A DNA stretch of 64,000 nucleotides, taken from contig JAQFVV010000009.1 in NCBI GenBank assembly GCA_028023455.1, positions 13,330,001 through 13,394,000 of the forward strand, written 5' to 3'. Source of the DNA: Epiperipatus broadwayi (lineage: Eukaryota; Animalia; Onychophora). Position 1 is the stretch's first letter. The number at the start of each line of letters is the position of its first letter. Made by a program: the position numbers and the translations under genes. Under the pieces are notes generated by a model, which had not been told where the DNA came from, made no database searches, and saw nothing but the letters and a program-made list of their open reading frames with translations. Below, one piece after another: positions 12,860 through 26,150 of this stretch.

Positions 12860-13335
12860 AAATACTATAGAAGGGTATTTAGGTTTGAAAATAAGATGAT
12901 CATTCTAATTTTCTCAAAGTCTTTATCTAGTGAGCATGAGAGTAACCACACATTTAACATTGCTAATTTAATATTATGTACTGTGCTAGTGACAAAGGTT
13001 TATTACTTTCTAAATAGAATTACAATCTGACACTGCACTAGTAAAATTCAATGATTACTACATAGTTTAGTATCTAATATTAGTATAAAGTAAATCAAAA
13101 TATTTCATAAGTGTTAATAAGATTATTAAAAGAAATGAATGAAAGTGGATGATTTAACATATCCACACTTTCTTTTCAAGATATTTAAGATTGGTACATA
13201 TAAGTGCATTTGGATTTGAAAATAAGATAGTCATTCTTATTTTTTCAGTCTTTCTCTTGTGGTTGGAATGAGAATACCCTCACATTTAACATTGCTGATT
13301 TAATATTATGCACAGTGCTAATCTGACACTGCACT
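12860..13335 (+). repeat. Diverged two-unit tandem (period about 329 bp) related to the 32.7-33.4 kb element
   Basis: GTATTTAGGTTTGAAAATAAGATGATCATTC (about 12877) and GCATTTGGATTTGAAAATAAGATAGTCATTC (about 13206). Both units share CACATTTAACATTGCT and AATCTGACACTGCACTAGTAAAATT. The 13170-13290 stretch aligns by eye with the 33.2 kb unit. Confidence 0.65.
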
Positions 13336-16300
13336 AGTAAAATTAGTTGATTATTAAAATATAGTATACAATTTAAATGTTTTACTTACAAAATAATTAA
13401 TGTGAATTTTATTAGAGACATAATTTTATAAATATTTAGCACCTATGATTAAGAATTAAAATGATACCTGTTTACATAACAACAAAAATAAATTAGGTAA
13501 TATGATAAAAAATATACTTCATTTTAAATAATATGCACAATGTTAAAATGTATATTTTATTTGAAGGGGATGGGGGGGGTGTATTATTTTTCTGACTTTT
13601 AAAGCAAAATGTATTCCCAAAAATAATCTATTTCAATTGATAACAAATTTGATATTCTAAAATGATTTTGCTTTAAACATGCCCTGTGTAGTTTAATGTA
13701 GTGATAAAATGGCAAATTCTGAAGTTCCATGAATGTTGCTACTGGTGCTCAAACATTTTACAAATTCCTGGGCAATAAACCATTCAATTATATTACAATC
13801 AACCATAAATAATTTTAAATTGATTTAGTTACTGTGAGTAAAAAAAAAATCTAATGTGATAATAATATTAGAGATATAATTTATACAGATTTAATTTTAC
13901 AATGATATTTGTATAGATGGGGGGGGGGTTTGAAACATCTGATTTCATTTATAAAGTAATGAAAATGCTTCCACTATATTTTAGGAAGATATCAGTTATT
14001 GTTTTTTTAAATTCCATAATAACAAAGCATTTAAATATTTCCAAAATTGAAGTCAAAGAAAGAATATTTATTCCAGAATTTTAACCAGTTATCTAACTGG
14101 CATATAATTAGATTGGACACTTCATAAAATAAATGTTTGTTTCTTCTTTTTCTTTGTTATGTTTTCCTGATCATTTGAATTTGTAGTTTCATTCATATTT
14201 TCATTTTTGTCTTACTTCACTTTTGAGAACAGAATGAATTTTACTTTTTCAAAGTTGTTAATGATTCAAAATATATATTTCTGAATCCTTCTTTTTTTTA
14301 TTTTACAGAATAAAAAAATTACACAATGTTTTTTTTCTTTTTTGTAAATCCCTGTTTATGGTCATTCATAAAAGCAAAAATATGAAATTAAAGTATTATT
14401 TAATAAAAATTTAGATGTCTCTGTACCATCTTCAAAATATGCAAGCATGTCTTTTTTTATAAATTAAATATATATATATACATTTCAATTTTTTCTAGAA
14501 ACATTAAAACATGATATTTATGCATCCCCTTGCAATGCCATGACCTAAAGCTCAGATCTTGCTGAGAAACTTGGAAATTTTTTTAGTCACAACAGGTTTA
14601 GGAATTTTCTTTCAGGTAGAACTATACAGTCAATACAGTTAAATATCCAAAGGAATTAATAAATGGATATCTAACTATTTTCATTTGAAGAAAAAGATAC
14701 ATGTTAATGTGGATTGGTCACATGAGTATTGATGCACTGATAGTAAAAATAAAAGATGATTGTAATATAATGTAGTTTTCACTACTGTGGAGGGGAATAT
14801 ATTCCTGAATGCTGAGCCTACATTTTTCATAATTTAAATTTATTGCAATTGGGTGTACCATTATTTGATTTATTTAGAAAGACTCTTATTGCTTAGTTAT
14901 TGTATACAGTTATTTTTTGCCCTTATTTAAATTTGGGCAGTAAAAATTTAGACAATTTTAATACCTATGCTGAATATAGGTAAAAGCTTAAATTTGCAAA
15001 AAAAGAATAGATTGCACAACATTTATTATACTGTTCCTTGACTATTTAGAGATTGATAAGCTCATAGATTAATTCACATTTATATACTTCTTAAAAATAA
15101 ACATTTTGAAGATTAATAAATAATGTGTAGATAAATCAAATTATCAAATTCTTTCTAAGAAATATCATTTTTTGCAAAGTTTCAATGTCATTAGCTTTAA
15201 TTACAAGAGAATACTGCATTATATTTATCTAATCCAATAACATTTTTGAAGGCATAATTATGCATGAAAATATCAGAAAATGAATAAGTTTAATCTTGAA
15301 CACAGCCTTTAAATACTTTGACATTGCAATATTTTATTACTCTAACAAATGTTAAGTTCAAATCTGATCGAAATCTAAACATTAGAGTTCATTATGGCTA
15401 TATAGATCCCAGTTACTTCCAAATATGATTTTGAGTTAAAAGAAATAAAATAATCTCTAGTTGAATAAATTATTATTAGCAATTGTTAATATATTTATCT
15501 AAAATGGCAATTTCCATTAATGCATGTAGAAAGTGCAGTGCTTAAAAATTGTGGACGTATATAGTAAACTAATTGTACCTGCAGCTTTGCTTGCATTGGT
15601 AGAATAAATAATGCAATAGGTAATATGTATTTCAATGTGTAGATCACAATATATTTTATACCTATTCAAAAAAAATTTCATCTGTAATCTTTTTATTAGT
15701 GTTGCCCTCATTTTGCATTTTTATAAGATCATTCACAAATGGCTATGATTTTGATACATTTTTATATTGCAAATTACCAATGTTTTTAAACAATTAAGCA
15801 ACATAAAGCAAAATTAAATTTCATATCCTACACAATTCTCAAAAAAAAAAAAAGGGAGAGAGAAAATCATGCAAATTTCATCAAGATTGGTAGAATATTG
15901 TAGAGTTATTAAATAACCCACATACTAACAAACTTCATATTTATATAGTAATAAGGATACTGAACAATGATGGAGTCATTTTAATGGGATGTTTGACCTG
16001 GGTAAACTGAGGGAAGTGCTGTTTCAGCTGAAATGCATTTTAATGATCATTTGCATCCATTTGAATCTTTTTTTATTCATTTGACAGTAAATTTCAAATA
16101 TTCAAAATCTTGTGCATGTGTAGGAGAAAGGGAATGGAATTAAATAAATAATTCCATGCACACATTATTAAGACGAATTCTGATATTTATAACTTAATGT
16201 TCTCACATTCCTCAGACTAAATTAATAATTAGTAATAATCATAATGCATTTTCTAAAGACAGTAGTAACCTTCATTAAGTACATTCAGGAAGTGAAATAC

Positions 16301-19300
16301 TTGAGTTATGATAATAAGGTCATTTGAGATATCTATATGATGTTAGTCAAACAAAGAATGCTATTTCAATTGAAGTGCATCTTAGGGTTCATTTGCTTTT
16401 GTTTGAAGAAAGAGAATGTTAAGTAACTAGTAACCAAGTGTGGCTATCATCAGAATTAGTTTGCTATTGCCTATTTTCTTAATTAACACAATTTATTCTA
16501 ACATTGAAAAACTTGTAAAGTATCATAAGTCTTTTACATCATTAAGATTTACACACACATATATAAATAAAATAATATAGACAAAAATAACTAATTAAAG
16601 AAAAATTTTGAAATTAAATTTTTGTGCAAACAAAATAAATATACAGGTGGCTTTAGCAAAGATTTCCTTTTCCTTCTCAATTTTCCCTACAGCTTTAATA
16701 AGATAAAATATTAAAAAACCAGCTGTCAAAGAAAAAATTAAAATAATAACAAAAAAAAAAAAAGCCCTTATTTTGCAATGATAATCTGTATAAATTTAAG
16801 TCAACTTTTTAAATCAGATGGGATTAAAATAGCAATGATCAAACTTTTTTCGATCAAGTTTCACAACAAAAAATGTCTTTTAAGTTATGCATACACACAC
16901 ACATATATTTAACAAATTATAACAAAATTTTAATTATATGTATTTATCATACAGATATATATTGCTGGAATTTATTCATGAATGTCAGAATAAGATTATT
17001 TATTAATTATGCTATAGAATATTGATTGTGGACCTAAGAAATCAATGAAAATAATTAAATAAACCACATAAAAAATCTTGTTAGAATCTCATCTTTTTTG
17101 TGTACTATCAAATTTTATTTCATAAACATTGCACATAAATAAAAACATTATAGAAACAAATTTCATTTGAAAAACAATAAAAAAAATGTAATAAATTAAT
17201 GAACATAAAAATTAGGCAGAATATATAATTTGAGTTATAGTAAGATTTTATTCATGATCACTTTTTGACAATTTGCACATGATTGCAATATCACTGCTAT
17301 CACTAGAAATTATGCTGCGATGTATAATTTACCATTTATTAAATTTAGACAAAATTAATAAAACAAATCTTGCTTTAAGATTTATTAAATTTTTTTAATA
17401 CCAACAAGATACATTTTTTTTAAAAAAAAAACCTAATATCAAAAATGGCAAAATATTATTGCTTACCATAAATTAGCCCACTTCAACATGACTGTAAATG
17501 TGGCTATTATTTTTTTAAATTTTGTTTACATTATAATCTAAATTTGTATATACATACTGTACATGTAAAAATGTGTCTGCAATGCATATTTCACTTGAAA
17601 TAAAAGTATGGCTTTGTCCAGACGTTAATTAATTCAATCACTACTTTTTAAAAATGATTGAATTAATTAATTTATGGACATTCCAATATTAAAAATTCCA
17701 AGTGTGGTTGAAGAATAGACTAATTTTCTTGGCTTTTTTTAATGCACAATAGATACAATCATTTATTATAAATTATATCTATTTTTTTAAAATTAATTTT
17801 TAAAATAATAATTGCTAAAAGAATACTTTTAATACTGTTTAATTCATTTTTTTCTTAAATTTAATCTTTTTAAAATAAAAAATCATTAATAAATTATGTT
17901 TAAAAAATTACATTTAAATTATACTAATAAGCTATTTTTAATATTGTTCAAATTAACATTTTAATTTATTTATTTTTTTGTAATTTATAATATTTTTAGA
18001 GCAACAAGAAAAGATATACATTTTACACTTTTTCTTTTTTAGTTTTATAATTATTTGGTGATTTTATTTGTAACTAAAATTTCATAATTAAAAAAAAAAA
18101 ATCAAAAGTAAGGATTTTTAAATATTCAAAGTAGATTTTGAAGAAAATTGCTTTATCCAATTGTCTTAATAATACTTAAATATGAAATCATTTAATATTT
18201 ACTTGCTATTTTGTCTGACAAATGCTACATTTTTAAATGAAAAGTTCTCCCATTTATTATAAAATTAAATAGGATTATTAAACAAAACAACTGTTTTTCA
18301 ATTCTCAAAATTTAAGAGCTAAAATAAATATGATAGAAAAAGTCCTCCACCGTGACTTCATTGGAGCAGTTTTTAAAAATAAGTTTAATAAAGTTTTGTC
18401 TTAACTTTCTTTTCAGATTTTGAAACCTTATAAACTGTTTCTATTTTAACTATATTTGAAAGGTCTGATCTGATGAATCAAGACTTAAGATGACTTAAAA
18501 TTTAGATTCATATACTATATATCTTTAAATTGCTCAATTTTATTAGTTTTAAAAAATCCATCTTTAAATCCAGGCTATTATTGAGATTTCCCTTTCAGTT
18601 TTTCCCACCAATCTTTTCAATAAATTAAGAGATCCAAATCTGCAGATAATTATTTCTGTTTTTACATATACCATTTTTTTTGTTTAAGACATATGAAAGT
18701 AAGGCAAAATTATACAACAACCAATAATCCTTAGTATTTCTTGAATCATTTGCATTGATTTTTAAATACAAAATTGATATTTCACATTTAAATGCATTAC
18801 AGTAAGTACTATTACAAATGATACTGCATAAATGTGCAATTCTTAAATACTATGCTTAATTATAGATTTTCTAAGAATATTATTTATTTTAAAATGCTTT
18901 TGTTTATCTTAGAAATACAATTTATTTGGGTCAAATCTTCTAACTTATTTTAAACATACTTCTATCAAATGGATTTTCTTCAAATTTTATACATGTGTTA
19001 GGTTTTAATGACAATATCAATATGTCAATGTAGTTGTTTGTCTACTCTAGCAGTGCTAGTAAGCTGCATCTCAAACTGCACTAAAATCAGTTCAGTCAAT
19101 TTTCAGTCATGAACAGTAGACAGCAGTATACTTTTTAAAAATACACTCATCAAATTTCATAACTAATTCACTAAAATGAATTTATAGTTAATTAAAATAC
19201 AAAGAATAAGAAATGAAGGATGAAATCTTAATTTCTCTTGATTGTTTAACTCAGCATTTCCCACAGTTTTCATATTATGAAACAGTTCACAAATCCTAAA

Positions 19301-19588
19301 ATTTTAACAGAATACTTGGTTATTTTGTGGGATAGATAAATATTAATAATAAATTAATTAACAAGTAAATACACCTGGGTCTCGTTTTATGTGGATTATT
19401 TCAATGCAATTTTGAAGTTATGTGATTCATGTTCTTCTTAATATTTTTCATATTTCACTATATTTATTAGATATCAAGAAATTTAAATTATTAATAACTT
19501 ATTTTGACTTGAATAAATTAATATATATGTGCTCTGTGCACAGGTAATGAAGCTATTAATAAATTGTCATGAAATTATCAAACTTTTA

Positions 19589-19634
19589 CCGCCAAGCACT
19601 TTCGGGACAGTCTACAGTCCCATATTCATGGCGA
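19589..19634 (-). ncRNA. Minimal type I hammerhead ribozyme-like fold with variant core (A3-U8)
   Basis: Minus strand UCGCC-AUGAAUA-U-GGGAC(UGUAGACU)GUCCC-GAAA-GUGC-UU-GGCGG: stem I, core, 5-bp stem II, GAAA, near-palindromic stem III AGUGCU, and NUH = CUU. It lies at the 3' end of a Penelope ORF, where such ribozymes are typically found. Confidence 0.7.
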
Positions 19635-19635
19635 G

Positions 19636-20381
19636 TTATTCTGTTAATAACTGTAAAAATATGCAAATTTTATGCAAACTTATTGTGCAGATGTTACGTA
19701 GACCATAAACGAGATAGGGAATAACAGGCCTCTCTTCTGTTGATTGCCGATGGGTCAGCCGCAATGAAGTAAGCTTTCCTAACTTTACGTTTGATGTCGT
19801 TTGTTTCAGAGCAAACGACACTGGCTGTGGTAGGTAGAAAAGCATGTCCAGTGTTTCGTGTTTGACAAAAATCGAATTATCTTCATACTTTGTTTTAGTT
19901 TTATTGTAAAGGTATCGGTGTTGAGCTACTCTGGTGGCAATGTTAGTTTTAGTCTCTCCATAATATGTTGCCATACAATTTCTTTGGGGGCAGGTAATTT
20001 TGTACACAACTTGAGGGGTGAGTTCAGGTTTGATTCTGTCTTTGGTATTATTTATCAGTCTATTGGTGTTGGGAGGTGAACAGAAAGCGACTTCAAAGTC
20101 TCATGATAGTTGATTGATAAGGCTTTTAGCTGTAGAGTGAACGTATGGGATTAAGATTCTTGGTTTGTTTTCTTTCTTGTGGTTGTGGTTTATTTTATAG
20201 AAAAATTTGTTGACTTTTCTGTTGATGGATGAATAAGTGTGTCCTATTTTCCTTAAATCAGTTATATAATTGATGAGATTTTTTCTTTTATCTGCCTCAT
20301 ATTTGCACAAGTTATGTTTCCTAAGCATGAATGAAGAGAGGGCTGCAAGTTTGTGTGAGTGCAGCGCGTAAGAATTAGGGT
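19636..20381 (-). pseudogene. Penelope RT thumb plus GIY-YIG endonuclease fragment
   Basis: Frame reads HSHKLAALSSFMLRKH...ILIPYV...QLS*DFEV...VVYKITCPQRNCMATYYGETKTNIATRVAQH, with one TGA at 20101-20103 and a later 4-bp deletion. The undeleted C-terminus (GHAF...RKVREAYFI..INRRE...W) is readable on the inverted arm, 20435-20620 (+). Confidence 0.9.
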
Positions 20382-20678
20382 TAGCTCAACACTGATACCT
20401 TTACAATAAAACCAAAACAAAGTATGAAGGTAATTTGATTTTTGTCAAACACGAGAGAAACACTGGACATGCTTTTCTACCTACCACAGCCAGTGTTATT
20501 TGCTCTGAAACAAACGACACCAAACGTAAAGTCAGGGAAGCTTACTTCATTGCGGCTGACCCATCGGCAATCAACAGAAGAGAGACCTGCTATTCCCTAT
20601 CTCGTAAATGGTCCATGTAACATCTGCACATAAGTTTGCATAAATTTTGCATATTTTTACAGTTATTAACAGAATAAC

Positions 20679-20724
20679 TCGCCATGAATATGGGACTGTA
20701 GACTGTCCCGAAAGCACTTGGCAG
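20679..20724 (+). ncRNA. Second copy of the variant hammerhead fold, in the inverted pseudo-LTR
   Basis: TCGCC-ATGAATA-T-GGGAC TGTAGACT GTCCC-GAAA-GCAC-TT-GGCAG. Stems I and III carry CpG-type mismatches relative to the 19.6 kb copy. Confidence 0.6.
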
Positions 20725-22249
20725 TAAAAGTTTGATAATTTCATGACAATTTATTAATAGCTTCATTACCTGTGCACAGAGCATATATATATATTAATTT
20801 ATTTAAGCGTTAATGAAGTAAAATCTTAACTATTTGACTTGAAATACTTTTTTTTTTTTCAAAAATATAAAGTTAGATTCGCAGCTAACGTGAATATGGC
20901 CTGATGCTGTATTTAGAATAAATAACCTACTTATACTAATGAATAAATAATAATAATAGATTTATACTTACATATAAAAATATGGCAATAAATATTCAAA
21001 AATTTTAAACTTTTAAAATGTATTTTGTTAGGTATACAGAAATAAATAATGTAGATTTTTAAAATAAATAACGAAGATTTTATTGATTTTATAAACTGAA
21101 AATAATATTTCTAATGATAATGTATAATCTTTTTGTTTTGATTGGGATCTCATTTTTTTAATATAGAAACAAAATGTAAACATTTAAAATTTATTTCAGT
21201 AGTAAAAATCAGTTGTCAACAGAAAACCATTAACACAGCACAAGACTGAAATTGGCACTAGTTGTGTAAATGGGATGGAGCAGAATATGGGAAAACTTAG
21301 AGTGGGGAATGGAAAATAAAGTGGCTAACAAGTTTCTCTGGACATAATTGCTGAGATTCTTGACCTCGTTCAAGGAGAAGCTACATCACATCGACGAATC
21401 TGATTTCTTATCAGTTTACAAATGAACCGTGTCTTGTATCAATTTTTTTCAAATATTTGATATTTTTTATTAGTCATACTTTATTTCCTTATTTTTTTAA
21501 TGCAAATTTTAAAGTAATTTTTTCCTTGTTGCTTTGCTTTTATGTGAATTCTGAAAATTACAGACCCTATCCCCCATTTTTCAAGATACGTTAAGTCTAT
21601 TTTTGTGCGTTTTTTTTTTAATGCGGGTTTTCTGTGGAACCTATCTACCACATAAAACGAGACCCAGGTGTATATCTTTTTTCTCTTTTATAATATTAAG
21701 ACAGCATGACGTGTGCATTTTCCCCTTAGTAACATATCTTTAGCAAATTGATATAGTTCTATGTCACATTATCTTAAATAAAAATGAAATAGGCAAGAAT
21801 GTGGGATAACACCCTAAAAAATTGAGATTTTACATGATAAGTTATGTATTTGAAGTGCAGATAATAATGGAAAGACCTTTCACATAAGCCAGCATATAGT
21901 AATAAATCATTAAAACAGAATGTGTATGTAGGAAAGTAAAACTGTAAAAAAAAAAAAAAAGTATTAAGGCTACACATAGCTAAAGCCAACATCAAAAAAA
22001 TTATCAGCTTAAATAAAATTGTTAAAATATATGTTTTCCAAACACTGAATGATATATTTCCTCACAAGTACAAAGATTGATCTGCACTTTGTTTTTGGCT
22101 AATAAAATTCACACAGATCAATTCAAGATATTCCAAAACAAATTAGCATTCAAATTAAATTTAAAAAATATTTAAAACATTACCTTAAGGTTAAATAAAA
22201 ACAGCCTCTTCTCTACTAATTCTAGGGCCATTATCTGTTGGTACTGCAA

Positions 22250-23700
22250 TTTAATCTCTATATCAGTTTCTAACTTTGCTTTATTCAATGAGGGCTTAGA
22301 ATTCAAAGCTGATGTAGTTATTCATCTGGCAATAGCTTTAATTCTTTTTATTATCAATTTAAAAGCCTTAATGTTGAATCCAAGTTAACTTGCTTGTATC
22401 TGACATTATGTTTAGTAAATATTTTAGTGATCTCAGTTCTATTTAAATGATAAGTATTTTTTTTTTCTAACATAAATCACTGACTACTCAAGTTTATAGT
22501 AAACTGCATTAAGATAAATATTTAAAAAAAGGTTCTTCTTATTTACACTATAGTATATCCTGAAAGAATCAAACAGATGTTTTGTTACTACCTCAGAAGT
22601 TAACAATGTACTTATTATTTTTTTATAACCAATTTATCCTCTGTCTTGGACATTATAGCAATTCCATATATCTTTCAGATGAATTATCTTCAAAAGCCAA
22701 GATCAATTATGCCTTGGAAAAATTATAATTGCATTTGTAATAAAAAAAACTTTACTTCATCACTTTAAAAAAATAAAATGTATGAACTTTTCTCTATAGT
22801 TCCTTCACTGATTATATCTCTCATCCTCACAATGCCAAAACTTTAATACAAAAGCTAAATTACTAATTGATCTTCATTTCTAATAACAGAAACATTAATG
22901 GTAAAATTAACACTATTCTTGCAGGCAATTAAAATAAGACTTTTGCTTGCAGTTATATATTGAGAAAAAACCCCATGGAATATTGACTTTAATAGAGATG
23001 TCATTTCAAATATAATACTAGTAGAAAATTACTATCTAACGATAACTGCCATGCACCTATGCCTGACCTAGTATAAAACTAAATACTTCATTGATATCAC
23101 ATGTCACTATATATCAAAAAATATCTTATCATATTGAATAAGTAGTGAATCAAAAAACCATATAAAATACTTGACTATTTTATTAGTATTAGTCATTTGT
23201 AAATGAGTATAACATTCTAACTATATAAGGAACTTAACAAAAATAAAACATCAAAAGTGAAATTTATAATGACCATACAAACAATTTCATGAACCATAAA
23301 TGCTGGTCCTTTAGCATTTATTTGACATCTTGCAATACTATCTTTATATTTCATTTGTAGAGAACAAAACTATTTTAAAATATTTCAGCCTTTGTCTAAT
23401 TGTATCTCATTTTTACATTCTTTCCTTAGCAATTCTTTCACATTCAAAGCAATCAATGTTTCACTATTTTAAAATGTCTTTAAAGATTATCTCAATCTTT
23501 AAAGAGTAATTGGTATTTGATTTTCCTGTAGAATAATGTTCAAATTCATCACAAAATTTTTGATCTAAAGGATGCATCAAACTATATTTTTCATATGTAT
23601 TATCCTACTATTAATCTCGAGTTAACAAAAAACTTATTTAATATAATGTTTCATCAATTTAATAGGATAATATTCAATACTGAATAGAGATACATATAAA
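22250..23700 (-). mobile_element. Possible highly decayed non-LTR retrotransposon RT remnant
   Basis: Only weak motif echoes in the expected order (PITL; FFDS; IKVNIPWGFS; RYME). No clean YADD seen. Confidence 0.25.
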
Positions 23701-25029
23701 GAGTAATAATGAATAAACATAAACTACTATACAGATATTAGTAATGATTCACAGTAATTTTGATTAAAAAAATATAATTACTTAATAAATATATAACAAT
23801 TAATAATTTCAACTTAATTAATAATTCTGACAGAGTTTTATAAGTAAGGTATGAAATGTTTAATTTATATAGTTTTTTTCTTTAATAATTCTTTTAAGCA
23901 ATTGAAAGATGAAGTATTTTCTCTATTCTATTTTGAAGACAAGTATAGAATCCTTTATTGTTGACATGTATATACTCCTAAAACTTTTCATGCTAAAATT
24001 AATTTAGGACTTATTATTGATTTTGACTGCACACATGTATTTGAAATACAAAAATTTATGGACAAAAAATATTGATATTTTGCTAGTAACTACAAATTAA
24101 ATACTCTTTTATCAAAAATATTATAGAGGTAAATTTAAATGAGATTATATTATGATTAAAATTATGGTGATGGTATATTATTTATCTGAATAAATTAGAA
24201 TGTCTTTTTTTAGGAAGTCTAAGTATATCTTTGATTCTGATGCTGTACTTTCAATGACAAATTTTAATATGATTTAGTTCTTTTCCAGAATAAATTCAAT
24301 AATTTCCCAGTGCAATTAATTGACAATCCATGGATTTAATTATCAGAGCTGTAAAGGTCCTTTGTCCAATCGAATAGTTTACATCTATGATAATATAATA
24401 GGTATTCTCCAAGCATTGAGTAGCCAGTTCAAATCTCTTGATTTTCTCTAACTTAGCATTGCTTTGCTTCAATGAAATATTTTGGGTGAAAAATCACTTA
24501 GTACTTTGCTATTGCCCTAATGCAACATTTAATTTTATTATTTAATTCTAACTGCAATTTAATTTGTTTTTGTTTTTTATAAATTCATTTGAAAAACACT
24601 AATCTGCAGAGACATTAGATCTTTTATATATATTTAAGCAACTGTACTAAAAAAAAATACACATATTTATTAGGGGGAAAAGTTGACTTTCATGTTACAA
24701 TTTTTATTATATAAATATATAAAAAACTTATTATATAAAGACAACATCTAATATTAAATTTAATATAGCTGGTATATTTTTTATTTCTTGGATTTACTAA
24801 AATCTCAAATAGATTTTTTTTTTTTAAAAATCTATATAACATATAATAAATAAATGTTAATATATATATATATCCATGGATTTCAGTATCCATTGAAAAA
24901 CCAGAAAGCAACTAATATGTATACAGAAATCCTATAATATGTTGTGCAATAAGTAAAATATGGCTTTAAAAGCTATAACTGATAATCTATGAAATTCTAA
25001 TTGAAAAAGGCATGAGAGGGTTGTGCGTG

Positions 25030-26150
25030 TGTGTATATGTGAAAAAGTGCCATTTTACAAATAGCAAATTTTTTATGATTCCATTAAACCAAAAAATCTA
25101 ATGAAATGTAAAGCAAAAATTTTAAATATTACTCTTAAATGCCAACAAATTAAAAAAAAATATTGTTCAGATATATGTAGAAAAGGAAAGTAAATTTTTA
25201 TCCTACCAATCTTAAAAGAGCATTTGATAGAGTAAATTTTGAAAAAAAAAGTTGTAGATTGGGAAAAAAGATGACTATTAGAAAATATGTACAAAAGAAA
25301 CATTTTATAAGATTTCTAGATTTCTGATCTTCTCATAGAAAAAAATAGACATAGATAGAAAAGGATTTAAGACAAGGATTTTGTTTATCTTCTGTGTTAT
25401 TTAATACTTATTATGATGAGATATTAATGGAAATGTTCTGGTAAGGATGAAATTAGCAATAGAAACATATAGGGCTCATTTTATATCAGATTTGTATTTG
25501 ATATGCCAATATTCAAAGAAAGTGAAAATATGTTTAATAAAATATGAAATAAGATTGATGTAATTTGTAAAACTTAAATGTAATTAAAATTAAAGTAAAT
25601 ATAATTAAAACTAAAGCAATGAATGATATTAAGTGAAGAAGATTAAAATTTTATTAAGAATAATTATTGAAAAGAAAAATATAAAATAAAAGTGGATTTT
25701 TACATATTTGGGGGATTAGTTAACCAGTGGTTGCAATAGGATCTAAAAATCTGAAGCAAAAATTAATTAGGCAGGCTTTTAGGAAAGTAGAAGTTTATTC
25801 AGTGACCTACTAAAATCATATTTAAGAAAGAAACTTTACTACACCTGGAATTACATATAAAGAAGAGCTCTGAAAAATTAGAATGAAAAAATAAACACTG
25901 GAGTACTTTTTTTTTTTAGAATAGCAATTTTTAAAAAAAATGGAACATTTTTTAAAAATAAAAGAAAAATGAAAATATTTAGAGAAAGAGAAACATAATG
26001 GAATGGAGTAGAGAGGTGAACAGAAAAGATATTGAGGGAAAAGGTTGACATGATCTTTAAAGAATGATTGTAAACATGGGAATTTGAAAAAAAAAAAGAA
26101 CAACTGGCAGAGGATCAGTTGATAAATAGAACCAACTCTTCAGCAGATAA
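25030..26150 (+). mobile_element. Decayed RTE-like LINE reverse transcriptase remnant
   Basis: NLKRAFDRVNF (about 25210), KGFKTRILFIFCVI.YL corresponding to KGxRQGCxLSPxLFN across frames (about 25360-25410), TYLGG (YLG, about 25705), and the end resembling RLAEDR (about 26105). Confidence 0.7.

Larger units (their letters stand above)
19514..20826 (-). mobile_element. 5'-truncated Penelope-like retroelement with inverted pseudo-LTR
   Basis: Inverted arms of about 415 bp (about 19510-19928 and 20382-20807) surround a 453-bp spacer. Imperfect TSD TAACT(T)ATT(T)TGACTTGAA at 19495-19513 and 20827-20843. The minus strand encodes an RT C-terminus and a GIY-YIG domain. Confidence 0.9.
19372..21670. 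mobile_element. Tc1/mariner-superfamily (pogo/Tigger-like) non-autonomous element hosting a Penelope insertion
   Basis: Perfect 23-bp TIR CACCTGGGTCTCGTTTTATGTGG at 19372-19394 and rc at 21648-21670, flanked by TA at 19370-71 and 21671-72. No transposase ORF recognised. Confidence 0.85.
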
